Positions 41,233 to 54,479 of a DNA stretch of 62,700 nucleotides are shown one piece after another. The position numbers and the translations under genes are program-made. The stretch is taken from assembly GCA_000165425.1 (NCBI GenBank), contig CT867997.1:620001-682700 (forward strand), written 5' to 3'. The number at the start of each line of letters is the position of its first letter. The stretch's first letter is position 1. Under the pieces are notes generated by a model, which saw only the letters and a program-made list of their open reading frames with translations, did no database searches and was not told where the DNA came from. Source of the stretch: Paramecium tetraurelia (taxonomy: Eukaryota).

Positions 41233-41582
41233 ATGGGATGTGTATGTGGATCTAAAGAACAAACTAATGACCCTTATTAGTAGAAATCTAAAAGTACTTA
41301 TATACTTCAATTATTAGAAACACAAGCTAAAATGAAAGGAAAAGGGATTTAGATTGGGGGAGGCGAATAGCAAACTTAAAATGCAAATTAAAACGTAAAC
41401 TAATTAATTATAAATAGGAATTAATTGCATAAGCTGCAGAAAAAAGATTACAAAATCAAGAAAGAAGAGGAATGAATCATACAGCCTAGATTGAATACGA
41501 ATTTAAAAAGAAAAAGTTGGAAGAGGCAGAACAATACGAAAAAGAAAGAAGAGGAGAAAATTATAATCTCAGATGGAATTGA
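41233..41582 (+). CDS. SVIP: small VCP/p97-interacting protein-like
   Basis: MGCVCGS acylation site, ELIAQAAEKRLQNQERRGM (VIM-like AAxxR plus RG) and C-terminal NLRWN. Confidence 0.75.
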
Positions 41583-42018
41583 TAATATTAGAATTTTATT
41601 TCTTAAAATTAAAGAGAATTCTCCTTAGTTAAATCCCATATATTTTTAATTAGTATTATAATTATCTATTTTAAATCATTAGGAAAAACAAATGCATCTT
41701 CTATATAAATATAAGTTAACATCTTCTGTTTCCTAAAAATATGAATGTCTGTATAAACTAAGTTTTGATAGACTATTGGAAAAATTGATAATTAATCAAT
41801 CAACAATTAAAATATTCCTTTTTAAATTATTGATCATCTTAATTATAATAAAGTATCATTACTGTTCAATAACATTATGGCATATTTTAATGATAGAAAA
41901 CAAAATAAATTTTATATATAATTATGATACATGATTATGTTCAATTTCCATTTAAGGTATATAATTTTATTACAGATACTTTCTTTTTATAATGTACGTA
42001 AATATACAAATCTAAAAT

Positions 42019-43175
42019 TCACTTGAACAAATCATTTTCCCAATAAGTCTAATCAAATTTATAGACTCTTGAATATCCGCCCCTCTTCTCCAGTAATAAA
42101 TCCTTTTCCATCAGGGAAGAATGCCAAAGCGTTGATAGGTCCTATCTGATTAGGATCTATGCTTTTAATTTTTAATCATACTTAATAATTTTCCAACTTC
42201 TTCCTCATAAATAACATTGCAAATATGTATATCAAATCCTTAAAATTTTGTTCTGGCTGTTTCTCTTGCTGGAATACCACCTGCAACTATTAAATGAGGT
42301 TTTGGCTTTTGTTCCAAATTGAATAATGGAGAGATTGCAACAGCATTCATGGGAACTTCATATTTGAAGTATCTCAACTATTATAAAGTAGTTGGATCAA
42401 AGATCTTGCATCCATCATTAGCAGCAGTGGCCAAAATTGAAAAATCCTTAGCAAATGTAAATTGTTTGATTTCTCCATCATGCACTTAAACTCTTCTAAT
42501 TTCCTCCTCTATTAATTATCGAGACTTAACATACTTTATGGATAAGATAACAATAAGAGTTCTCCTTCAGTTGATGCCATTACAATAGATTGATTCAAAT
42601 ATCCCCAACTTGCTTGAGTAGTCTTGAATTTATCTGGAGTCACAAGAGTGTCTGTAATTTCCAATACATCTTATGTTTATCTCAATTTAATCTTATCTAA
42701 GATTTCTTGCACTTTCAAGATACGAGTCTCATAATTGATTGTCGAAGTCATTGGTTAATATACCTATACATTATGCTTCCAATCTAATTACAATAATTAA
42801 ATTTTCATCCCCAAAAGAAAACTCAACCCATTTGGCCTTTCTCATATCAGCAGTTAATTTACCAAGACTCTTTCCTCCATTGATTTAAAAGAAATCAACA
42901 GAACCCTTTTATATTTATTAGTAATCTTTACTTCCAAAGAACCACTAACTAATAATTCACTGTTATCTGTTAAGTCTAATGTCTTAACTGCACCACTTGC
43001 TTTGTAATTTCCTAATCTATTTTATGATTTCTCTATTTATATACCTTTCACCAGTCTCTGTCAACCAACAATTTATACCACCATCTTGTGAGGCAGTAAA
43101 GAATAAATCTCCATCTTGATTGATTTTTACTGTCATTATTGCTCTGTCTGTACCTCTGACATGAAAAGGCCTCAT
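42019..43175 (-). CDS. EIF3I: translation initiation factor eIF3 subunit i (WD40)
   Basis: MRPFHVRGTDRAIMTVKINQDGDLFFTASQD, PMNAVAISP, IYEEEVG and GPINALAFFPDGKGFITGEEGGYSRVYKFD. Confidence 0.88.
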
Positions 43176-43191
43176 TTAATTAATTTAATTT

Positions 43192-44215
43192 ATGGAGGAA
43201 TAAGAAAATAGATAACATAAAAAAAATGAAAAGCTTGAAAAAAGGAGAAAGAAAGAAAAAGAGATTAAAAAAAATAAGAAGAAACAGAAAAAAGAATAAC
43301 TCTTACTTAGAGGTGAAAAGCGTTCCAAGTTCTTTGCCTAAAAGGATAAAAAAGATAAAAACTTTATTGATAGGCAAAAGGTTCTGAAGACCTTTAAGTT
43401 ATTCCTTAAAATCTATTAAGATGATTTAGAAGACTTCTTTTAGCTCTTTAAATAATTGGATGATGGTAATGTTATTGAAACAGCAGATATCGAAAATCCA
43501 AATATTAGAACGACATTACAGAAATTCATGAAGCAATTATAATTAAAAAATAGAGGAACAGAATAAACACCTATTTTTAAGAAACTGTCTGACATTAAAT
43601 TAGAACCTTATGTTAGAGGTCTTTATGATTAAGTCATTTAAGAAGTGAATCAATAAAAATTATAATCTGATCTTAGTGATCAAGAATCAAGTAGAAGTCA
43701 ATCACCTTAAAAAGAAACTAATAAAGAAAAACATGAGAATTTAAAACAATAAGTAAATGAAAAAGATTAAAATCTGAAAAAATAATAATTGAAAGTTAAA
43801 GAATTAAAGGAAGAAGTTTATTAAGATAAAAAATATAATAGAATTTAGGTTAGAAATTCTATGTATGCTGATTTTGAAATTAAACCCAAAAAGTAACTTG
43901 AAAATAATGAACAACAATTAGATTCATTTTTAGAAGATTAATTTTCCAAAGTAGAACAGAAAAAATAGCCAATCAAAGATGAAAATATTAGAAAGAAAAT
44001 TAAAATTGAATCAAATACTCTAGTCAATTAATCTAACCAAATTTAAACAAACACTAATGAAAAGAAATAAAATAATTTTATATGTAAGTATTTTCTATTT
44101 ATTTTAAGAGGAATAAATTATTAGAAAAGATTTCAATCGATAAACTAACTTAACTTAAGAGAATTAAACAAAAAATAGTCTTTTTATGGTGTAAATATAA
44201 AATTAGTTCATTTGA
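43192..44215 (+). CDS. Lys/Glu-rich hypothetical protein (3' end uncertain)
   Basis: MEEQENRQHKKNEKLEKRRKKEK...FFQLFKQLDDGNVIETADIEN; long open frame. Confidence 0.7.
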
Positions 44216-45299
44216 TAATTTAATGCGTATAAATGTTTGTGTATATTTATTTTCAATATTCATTTAACTAATTATGATAAATATTTAATCTATTGAGGAT
44301 CTAATGATTAGAAAGCTTCTCTCTTATAAAATTTAGCACTGTTCTTAACAAATATCTTGTTATTGGGGGATGAAAATGTTTTATCCACTAATAGTAGTTT
44401 ATTTGAATTTTAAGTGCTTGCAGGGGAAGGAAAGCCCTTTTTATTAGGATTTTGAAGATAATTGAAGTAATGATAGATTTATTCTTTAAACAATTATTCT
44501 ACTTTACTTTTGTATTGTTATTCTAAACTCTGATAAACTTTATTTATCTATTTTATCAATAAGGATATTTGTAGCAAATCTCCATATTTTGTACTTATCT
44601 TAACAAAGAATCCTTACATAATTTATTCAAATTCATTGCTTAGTTCTTCTGGAACCAGTATGAAAAACACAAATGCTATAATCTAAATATAAAAATTAAG
44701 AAGAGTTTGATCTTGTTCATTCAACTTAATTGAATATTCTGATTATGAATACGATGTGCTCATTCGACAAGGTAGGTGTTATTTTAAACTCTAAATCTCT
44801 TTAATAACAGTATTAAACTATTCTTCCTTTGATTCCATATTTAAATTAAAATCAATTAATTTTTTTTGTAACATTTAATTTATACCTTCACATTCGTTGA
44901 TATCTGTTTATAACTTTTTAATTTATTATTACAAATTAGAATTTTCAATTTATAGCTTTTCCATTTTAGTTCTTAAGTTTATTTCTAAGTTTTATTAATT
45001 GACTAAAATATCTTAAACTTTTCTAAGATTTTTCAAAGAATCTTAATATTGATCTACTTATTAGACTTATACATCAATCAAAGATTCATTATATACACTG
45101 TTTTCACCGTCTAAACCAATAATATCTTTCAAGATTTGATTGATTTATGAAAGTTAGGGACTTTAACTTGTTTTAAACTGCATTGTTCTTACATTATAAA
45201 ATTCCTATAATTGTACAATCCTTTATTCATAGTATTCCTTCTGTAATTATAATTCTTGAATCATTTTCTTTTATTAATGATTTTATTAACCCAATTCAT

Positions 45300-46352
45300 C
45301 AATTTATTATTTATTCTAATTTATAATATGACAAGATCTCTTCTTTAATAAGATATTCTTCTCTTTTTCATGTTACAATATAGATGTTGTGTTTTATATG
45401 AAATTATATTGTAATTTTTCTATGGCCTCTATAAAACACAATTTGGAAGTGTCTAGGTTCTATAAATCTTAATATAAATAATAATTACCTTTTTAATTTA
45501 GTTTATATTTTATGAATATTACTCAATAAAAAAAGAGCTATTAAAAGATTTTTGATTATTTTCAATTAATTGATTTAAGATTCTTATGTATAATTCTTAT
45601 TCTTATTTAGATTCTGCAATCAATTCTAATCGATATCCATTGCGTCCTTCAATTGCAAAGAAAAACTCTTCATTGTACTATTTAGGAATTGCAAAGTTTT
45701 TCTTAAACAATTTATATCTATGACTATGATGAAAGAAAATACTTGGAATAATTAGTGTGTATCTGAATTATCTGGTCTATTGGAATAATTTATTTGGAGG
45801 AAGGAAATTTAGAAGATTTGGACTTCCAGCATATTGCATCCAAGAATGGACAATAGAAGATTGTTCTAAGGGCAGTTTTCTTACAGTTAGACCTTGAAAA
45901 CTTAGTAAAAGTGGTTCCTTTGACAATTTATTGAAATTCTTAAAAATAAGATTAGGTTTTTTATTGTAGATTGATGCAGATTTCAAATTATGTTGCCAAT
46001 TAAGTTATTTGATTATCAATATTTCTTATTTCTAGAAAGTAACTATCATCATAATACATAATTCTATTTTTTAGACCACTTGAGGATCTACTTTGTATTG
46101 TTCCTTCCATATTCTCAGTTCTTATTCTAGCGATTACTCCAGGATGCTGCTCTTATCAAATATCTGCGAATCCACAGAATAATCATTGTAGACTTTAATG
46201 TCTGATATTTTGGATACTCCCAACATTTGAGTTCTGACATTTGGAGTTAATTTAATCGAATTAGAATCATTAATTGATTCATCCTAATATTTCTTTTGTA
46301 GATTTTTCTATAGATGATGTTATTTGCTTGGACACTAGTAATTATCTAACAT
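45300..46352 (-). CDS. hypothetical protein with PH-like C-terminal segment (3' end uncertain)
   Basis: MLDNYQCPSKQHHLQ... open frame containing FFFAIEGRNGYRLELIAESKQEQELYIRILNQLI. Confidence 0.5.
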
Positions 46353-46445
46353 TTTTAATTTAAATTATAATATAACGAATATAATGATTATTAGAACCAT
46401 TTAGAAAATAATAATAAAAGTGTATAAATTTAAACACTTTAAAAA

Positions 46446-47375
46446 TCAAACATTATTAATTGCACTTTTAAGTTCTATGTGCAAATCTTCTTTTTCTATG
46501 CCTTAAAACAACAGGTTCTTCTTCCTCTTTGAATTTTGGAGAGTTACATATAATTGGTTAATTAATAAAATTATTAGCATTAGTATTAAGATTAATATTG
46601 TTATTTCCATCTTCAATTTAGAATGTATAATTTCTTAAATGTCTTGCTAATTTTGGTATACTCTACTTTTTCATTATTTTTGTCTCAGATTAAGCAATAG
46701 TTTTCTTATTTATATTAGTATTTTTTGGGGAACAAAAATTAGGAGTCTTATCACATTAATTAGAATTGGTTGAATTTCTTTCATCTCTAGATTATATAGA
46801 ATCATTCAAATATTACAATTTTTCACTTTATTCTATAATTCTTTATTAGAACTTTGATTGAATAATTAAATTAGATTGATTTAATTTGTTCTCTTGATTA
46901 AAAGTTTTAGTATTATGAACTTTGTTATTGAATAAAATCAACTATTTTTTTAGAGCTAACGACGGATTTACCAAACTTTTCAAAGATTTTATGTGATAAA
47001 AGGCCTTCTCATATTGCCACTTCTTAGTATTCATTAAATATGCAATAGTTATGGCTGCACTCCAATTTAGTCCATTCTAACAACATACTAATACAGAAGA
47101 ACGATTGATTTCATTCTAAATCAACAGGCAAGTCTTCTCAAAAGTTTTGATAGCCTCTCCAATGTTATCATCTACTCTCTAGATAATTTTATCAATAGTA
47201 CATGATAGGTAACATAGTCTGTATATTTAGTATGACTTTATTGTCCAACAACAATTATAGTTCTAATGTTTTTTAATTTGAAGTATTATATAGATTCCAA
47301 GACAAGAACATTCCCTTGGTAGATTTTGTGGAAGCGTTCCTCAAGTACGGTGAAGAGAAAGGCTTAGTTAAGCAT
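46446..47375 (-). CDS. dual-specificity phosphatase-like protein lacking the P-loop Arg
   Basis: KIYQGN, NIRTIIVV, VLVCCQNGLNWSAAITIAYLM and AFYHIKSLKSLVNPSLALKKQL. Confidence 0.82.
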
Positions 47376-47429
47376 TGGGGAATGTGAACCAAATAAATGA
47401 TTATTATATTTCTTAGATATTTATTTATA

Positions 47430-48724
47430 ATGTAAATAATACGTAATAGGATATCGTATCATATTCCACGTTTTGGATTTAAATATCTTTGTGACACTAC
47501 ATTTCTCAACGAAGAACATTTATAAATACAAAAAGTGGCATTGGATTTTGCAAAAGAAAAGATGCTACCATATGCATCTGACTGGGATAAAAATAATTAT
47601 CTTCCTAGTTAGGTCCTAAAAGAATTAAGTGAGATGGGATTTGCAACGATCTATGTAAAATAAGAATTAGGTACATATATATGTCATGATTACAGGTGGA
47701 GTTGGACTGGATCACCTCTCAGCCAGTGTTATATTTGAGGCCCTATCTTATGGAGACATCACTACAACCGCAACTTTGGCAGTGTAGAATCTATGCGCCT
47801 ATTTATTGGCAAATTATGGGACAGAGGAACAGAGGAAAGTTTGGATACCTAGAATAAATAGTTTTGACGCTTTAGTTGCATATTGTTTGACAGAACCTAA
47901 TAGTGGGAGTGACAATAAGAATATGGAGACATATGCAAAGAAAGTATATGATATAAAATAATGAGAGGATGGTAAAGATTACATTATAAATGGAATAAAA
48001 TGCTTTATTTCTGGAGGGTCTGTGAGTGATCTATATTTGATAGTTTGTAAGACATCGGAGAAGGATGTTTCAAGCATTCTGGTTGAAAAAGATACACCAG
48101 GATTGTCATTTGGTAAAGTGGAGGATAAAATGGGTTGGCATGCTTCCCCAACAACTAGAGTTATTTTAGAGAATGTCAGAGTACCGTAGAGTAACTTAGT
48201 AGGGAAGGAAGGTCAGGGTTTCAAAATGGGAATGAGTGCGTTGGATGGTGGTAGAATTAATATTTCATCATGTTCTTTAGGAGGAGCTTCATTGGCTTTA
48301 GATCTTGCTAAGGATTATTTATAAGGTTAAATTATAATTTAATAATAAAAGATCGCAAATAATTTGGATAGTAACTTTCTAATTTTTAAGGACTGTAGTT
48401 TAAATTTGCTGATATGGCAGCAAGTTTAGTAACATCAAGATTGATAGTGAGATAAGCAGCCATGAAACTAGATGAAAATCAAATTGATAAGAGTTTATAT
48501 GTGAGTATGGCAAAAACGTATGCTACAGACAGTTGTTTTGATGTGGCCAATGATGCATTGTAATTACATGGAGGATATGGATATTTAAGGGAATATTAGA
48601 TTGAAAGGTATTATGTAGATGAATGGATAATGGTAGGATTGTGAGAGATTTGAGAGTTCATAAGATTTTGGAGGGGACGAATGAGATAATGAGAATGATT
48701 ATAGCGAGAAATCTATTAAAATGA
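47430..48724 (+). CDS. ACAD8: acyl-CoA dehydrogenase, isobutyryl-CoA dehydrogenase-like
   Basis: YCLTEPNSGSD, NGIKCFISGG, KMGWHASPT, LDGGRINISSCSLG, ALQLHGGYGYL and RDLRVHKILEGTNEIMR. Confidence 0.9.
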
Positions 48725-48761
48725 TGGTGAAAATATCATATTTAATATTAAATTATCACAA

Positions 48762-49750
48762 ATGAATATCAATGAATAGTTGTTGCAGATGGTGACAGAT
48801 GTAAGTGTTTAGAAGGTTATGTAGATTTGCAGCGCACTTGGACAAGAACCAGTTGTAACTAGGGAGTAGAGTACATAGGAAATTCTTAATACTCTCAAAC
48901 TTCACATCTACATACTGCTCGAATTAGTATCTCAAAACAAAAGCCTCGAATATGATGAATTAGAGAAGGCTGTCTAAAAGGCAGAAGCAGAAATTCGTTC
49001 TCATGTTAGGGTATCAAAGTTGGCATAATTGTAGTTAGAGTAGTAGATGAAACTTTATGCTGATAATCTCCAAGAGAAGATTGAATAGCTCGAATTGGAG
49101 AAATAATAAATAGAAGTACAATGATTGTAATATTCTTTAAAGTAAGATCGCAAAGCAACAACTCTACAATTAAATTTCTTATCTTCCAAAGAAATCGAGA
49201 AGAAACCCTCCAATCCTTCTTAATAACGAGAAGGAAGTCCTAACATCATTAAGAAATCGTATATTATGGGCAATCAGATCTATCATCGCCAACATTAATC
49301 AAACTTAATCACCTATTAAGATCAACAAATACCCAACAAAAATACATCCTAAGAACCCATCAATCGTGAACGCAGAAGTGCCAATACTCAACATATAAGT
49401 TATATTCCAGGCAAAGGACTCCCACTCAAGAACAATGTCTCTCATCAAAATAACACAATCCACAATCCGCCTTCAAATAGGAAGGATGACAGAAACAAAT
49501 CACAATAATCACAAGAGAGAGTCATTGATAAAAGCCAATCATTATTAAAATCTTAGAATAGCTACTCCTATATTAAAATGTATAATATCTAAAAATTGAT
49601 TATTAATAAAAATTAAAATGATAATACTAAATAGGCTACCTAATTAACTTAGTAAACCAAAAGGTAATTTTAGATCAATATCCTTTTAGCAAAACCATTC
49701 ATGGAGTATGTAACAACATTTTAGATGAATCTCATTATAAAAAGAAATGA
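48762..49750 (+). CDS. hypothetical coiled-coil protein
   Basis: YDELEKAVQKAEAEIRSHVRLEQQMKLY; several tiny introns. Confidence 0.7.
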
Positions 49751-49771
49751 TCACAAATATTATTGATTAAT

Positions 49772-51056
49772 TCATTCTTCAGTCCACCTTAATCTCCTTC
49801 CCTAATCCCATACTCCAAATTTGGTCTTCCCATCTGGTAATATGTACTTTCCTTTTCCATGTTGTTTCCCATCATGCCATTCTCCAACATACTGTCTCCC
49901 ATCTGGCCACTTATATTTCCCAACTCCTTGCTTTTTGTCATCCACATAAGAACCATGATATATTCTCCCATCAGCCCATTAATATACACCTTCTCCATGC
50001 ATTTTATTATTCTGCCATGAACCTTTGTAAATTCTCCCATCTGACCAATAATATTCTCCCTAATGAAATCAACATCACTATCATTACATATCCATTTATC
50101 TTATTCTCAAACCAATCTCCTTCAAAATAACTCCCATCTGGCCACATATACTTTCCCTTCCCTTATTTCTTGCCCTCAAAGTAATCTCCTTTATAACTAG
50201 ACAAATCAGACCCTACTTTTCTAAATTTAGATCTTACATTTCTCCTCTCCCTTCCCATGTTATTAATCATTACGCCAATATCCTTCATATACAGCTCCAT
50301 TATTTTGTCTATACACTCCATAACCATTAGCTCTATCATCTGCCCATTCTCCAATATAGGAATCCCCATCCACGTGATAGAAACTGCCCTTTCCACATGC
50401 TTTATTATCTACCCACTCTCCATCATATCTTGCTCCATCAGGCCATATCTATACGCCTTTGCCATCCCTTTTATTACCTACCCATTCTCCTTCATAAGTT
50501 GCACCACTCTTAAATACAAATAGAGGTCGCTTCTCCCTAGATTAAATATTATTCGCATTATTGACTATTATTTTAATAAATTCTAATACTGTTTCCGAAT
50601 TCTAATGAATTAAAGTATTTCTTTTTATCCTTACTGGCTACTGTAGCTTAATCATTTTATTATTATTATTATTGCTGCTTGTCGTTCCCCTTTTAGGACT
50701 CTGATAATGATTTCTTGACTTCCTTGTAACTTTCTCTGGCTTTATGAGCTTTCCAATTTTTTTATATCACAATCGCCTTGTCGTTTAGCTTATTCTGTTG
50801 ATTTTTTTCTTTCTCTTGATCGTCTGAAAATACCGAAAACTTCGTGTTCTTTTATTCTTTAGGAGTACACTTTGTCTACTTTAAATCATTCTTTCAATAA
50901 TTTCAATTTAATTACACCATCGATTAAACTGTTCGATGATTGTTGCGAAAAGGATGATGCTTTATGACTATCTGACTTTTTAGTCACCTCTACTTCGTTA
51001 TTTAATTCCATTTTATCTTTTTAACATTAATTGCAATTTGAACAATTTGCTCCCAT
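49772..51056 (-). CDS. MORN-repeat protein with IQ-like motif
   Basis: MGANCSNC N-terminus, [13 protein letters not shown], and about 9 YxGxWxxxxxxGxG repeats. Confidence 0.92.
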
Positions 51057-51128
51057 TCTAATTTAACTACTTATAATATAATATTGTAATTTTATAAATA
51101 TGAAATGGTTACACAATAATATTAAAAA

Positions 51129-52884
51129 TCACTATTATACTTGTTTTGTCAATAACTCTATATCTAAATCAGTCTTGCTCATGTCAATCCTATTGCGATT
51201 CCTATGAAATACGTTAACAATTTAATTACTCTAAATAAATCTTAATGGCAGCAATAAATGGAGAAAAAGAGATGAACCATCCAATCAGAATAACATAAAA
51301 TGAATAATCAAGAGAATTTTTGATTTATGAGATAACTGATATTATGAGTAATACAATAACTGTGTAATGACAGAGTTTAGTTAATGAAAATTCAATAAGC
51401 CAAGGCACATGATTCCCATATTACTCTAAATCCTTCTTCAATTATTCAAATCTCTCTTTTGATCCAAAGTAAAACACTTCAAATAATACTCCCAACATAA
51501 ATGATACGTTAGTTCCAAAAGTATCCACAAAACTCAATAAATAAAATCCAACATCTGTGCAATAGATTAAACCTATCGCTCCTAATATACTGCAAACACA
51601 TAATCTAACTTATTGAACTGTCAATTTATATCCCAAAACGATCACTTCACCTAAATAAATATCCTCAATTGTTCCTGCAATTCCATCTACAAATCCAAAT
51701 TGAGTATCAATTCCCAACAATAATAATACTAAAAAGAATAAAATACACCATAAGTTTGGCATTGGCATCTAAGCTAAAATTGCGGGATATAAAACAAATG
51801 CCAAATCAGGACCAGATAACTAATTATCGTTTTCATAAATACAGGTAATTATGAAATTGGTACATTGAATTTTAAACTAACATGTCCTATATAACTGAAT
51901 ACGACCAAACCGGCTAACATTCCACACAATGCAGTTAATAATGGAATTGCAAAAGAAAAATTAGGTAAATTATCCTCCTTTTTTCTATAACTACCATATA
52001 AACACAGAATAGCTTGTCCAACTGACATTTAAAAGATAACCTAATTAGCAGCATCTACCCAAACTGAAGGATTAAATAGTTTCACAAAGTCTGGTTTAAA
52101 TAAATAATAAATTCCCTCGCTTGAACCCTCCAACATTAAGCCTCTTATTAATAAAATCACTAATAAAAAATAAGGCGAAGTGGCTGTTACTATCGCTACC
52201 TTTCCTGAAGTCTCAACGCCTTCTCTAATACTGTAACAATCAATATATACTTTATACAAAAGTAAACTATTATTAAAGAAACTATGTATGCTATAAACAG
52301 ACTCCAAATAATATGATCTATTGTATTTTATTTGAATTACTTATATCAGTAATTGAAGTGGACATCTAAACTATAGAATCATAGAAGTAATCTCTAGAAA
52401 ATGGTGTATTCTATTCAACTATACTCTCTAACCATGGAATTGGGTACTTAAATGACTCCCACAAATATCTCAAAGAATATGCCATTATTAAATTCTACAA
52501 TTATTGCTTAATTTTTACATAATAAGTAGATATGTATGCGCAAATTACTATTCCAACATATCCAAATCCTCTTAACTTTGGTTTTTCTAAGTCTAACAAA
52601 TGTGCCATTCCAATCCCTTTGCATTACCCCAAACCAACTTCTAAAAAAAATAATGGAATAGCTAAAGTAAAAACCAAAATAAAGTATGGTATTAAGAATG
52701 TCCCCCCTCCATTTTTAAATACAACTAAACAATATTTTATAATCAATTTTATACGATATGGAAATCTCCAAACACTTCCAAAACCAGCTGCAAATCCTAA
52801 GGATGTAAGCATAAATGTCCATGAGCTCGAGAATTTCATTCTAACTTCCTAATATCCTTCTAAGCTTTGGCTAGATGGTTACAT
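51129..52884 (-). CDS. SLC6/NSS sodium:neurotransmitter symporter-family transporter
   Basis: GFAAGFGSVWRFPY, KNGGGTFLIPY, PLFFLEVGLGQ, VWVDAANQVIFQMS, GPDLAFVLYP and LLGIDTQFG. Confidence 0.93.
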
Positions 52885-54479
52885 TAATTTAAGTAATTAT
52901 ATTATTATAATGGATTTTTTCTAAATGAAAATTTCTTGATTTTAATTATTTTATTAAATTTGTGTTTTTAAGGGTGTTCCATAATATAATTATAATAAGA
53001 AGTTATCAATTTTTATATAAGGCAAAAAATATTGCATTATTATGATATATGATTGATTTGCATTATTCAAGAAATTAACTTTTGTAGCAGATATTTAGAT
53101 AATGTTCTTTAGAATTTTACAAATTATTAATTTAACAAAATTAACTTAAATTAAATTTCTAATACAATTGTTGGAGGAGAATTTGCATTGGATAGAAAAA
53201 TTTAATAAAATTAATCCAGAGAGTTATTTGTCTAATATCAAATGATAAATAAAAAAGAGTTGAAAATTTTATAATCTCATTTTAAAAACATAAACTTAAT
53301 TTAGCTATCCTATAATTTAGAGTAAAATGGAAATACTTAGTATTTAATCTAGTATATCGAAAATTAAATAAATAATCAATAAGTATAAGAGAATTATACA
53401 AAGTTTAGCAAAGACTAAGGATAGTAAATAATAATATATAAGATCTTAGTGATCAGCTAAGAGAAATCTTATTAATAATTCTCATTTATTTCATTAAGCA
53501 AACTCCAAAGTGTATCACAAACCTATCAAATTAATACGAAGGAGGTGCAAAAATGATAATATATTTTTATGAAAATTGAAATAATTTATTATGACTATAT
53601 TTCTTGAATCTAGTTTAATTATTTAATCACTCTGATTATTATTATTTATGGAAGTCTTATGCTAACTGGAAATTAAATATAAAATTTACATTTTAAAATA
53701 AATTGTTTAATTCTTCTAAAGATTCTAAAAAATCATTAGCATATTTCTCCTACTCAGAGATGACTTAAATAGGTTAAGTAATGGAATCGAAATTGTTAGA
53801 ATTGTTTTTATTTTACTCCTTTCTGATGAAACAAATTCCCATCCTTATTTATTATATATTTAATAAAATTAATATTGTTAAACCATTTATTTTTTTATTA
53901 ACCGCAAATTATCTTATTATTGATCAATTAGTATCAATCAAAAAGGAATAGATATCTAACCATTTACAAAAGCGCCTCTCAAATATATATTACGCATTTT
54001 ATGCAATTTATGATATAGAACTATTATGAGATCAAAATTTATTCCTATCAATATTAAAATTATTAAGCAAAACATTTCGTTACTGGATTAGGCTAATATA
54101 AAATTTTATACCTTTATTAAACCCCAATCGCGAAATTTTATCATTAAATAGATATTATAAATTGTAATTTCTGTTTCTTAATCCAAATTGTCTTATTGCC
54201 TTTTAAATTTATGTTTATTTATTCTTTATGTGATCATATTATTTGTATTTTTATTTATTTCTCCTTACTTTATTTAGTATCTCATAATATAAGTTTTTAA
54301 AATAAATTTGTTTCTGATATTAAAAAGAAGGAAAAATGAGAAAATATGTATGCTGATTGATTGATTTTTCAATTTAATCTCATCTAATATAATTATATTA
54401 ATCTTTAATAATTCTTATTCAAAATTTCTAGTAATAATTTATGTAGAGTTCAAAAGCAAAAGAAACTCATAATATAATC

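Noticed and set aside
44260..45299. Minus-strand Q/K-rich frame starting MNWVNKNH
   Set aside because: The frame breaks near 44740-44770 and no gene model could be supported; it may be a pseudogene.
52900..54470. 1.5-kb AT-rich gap upstream of the GTPase gene as a mobile element
   Set aside because: I recognised no terminal repeats or transposase/RT motifs; at most it holds decayed coding fragments.
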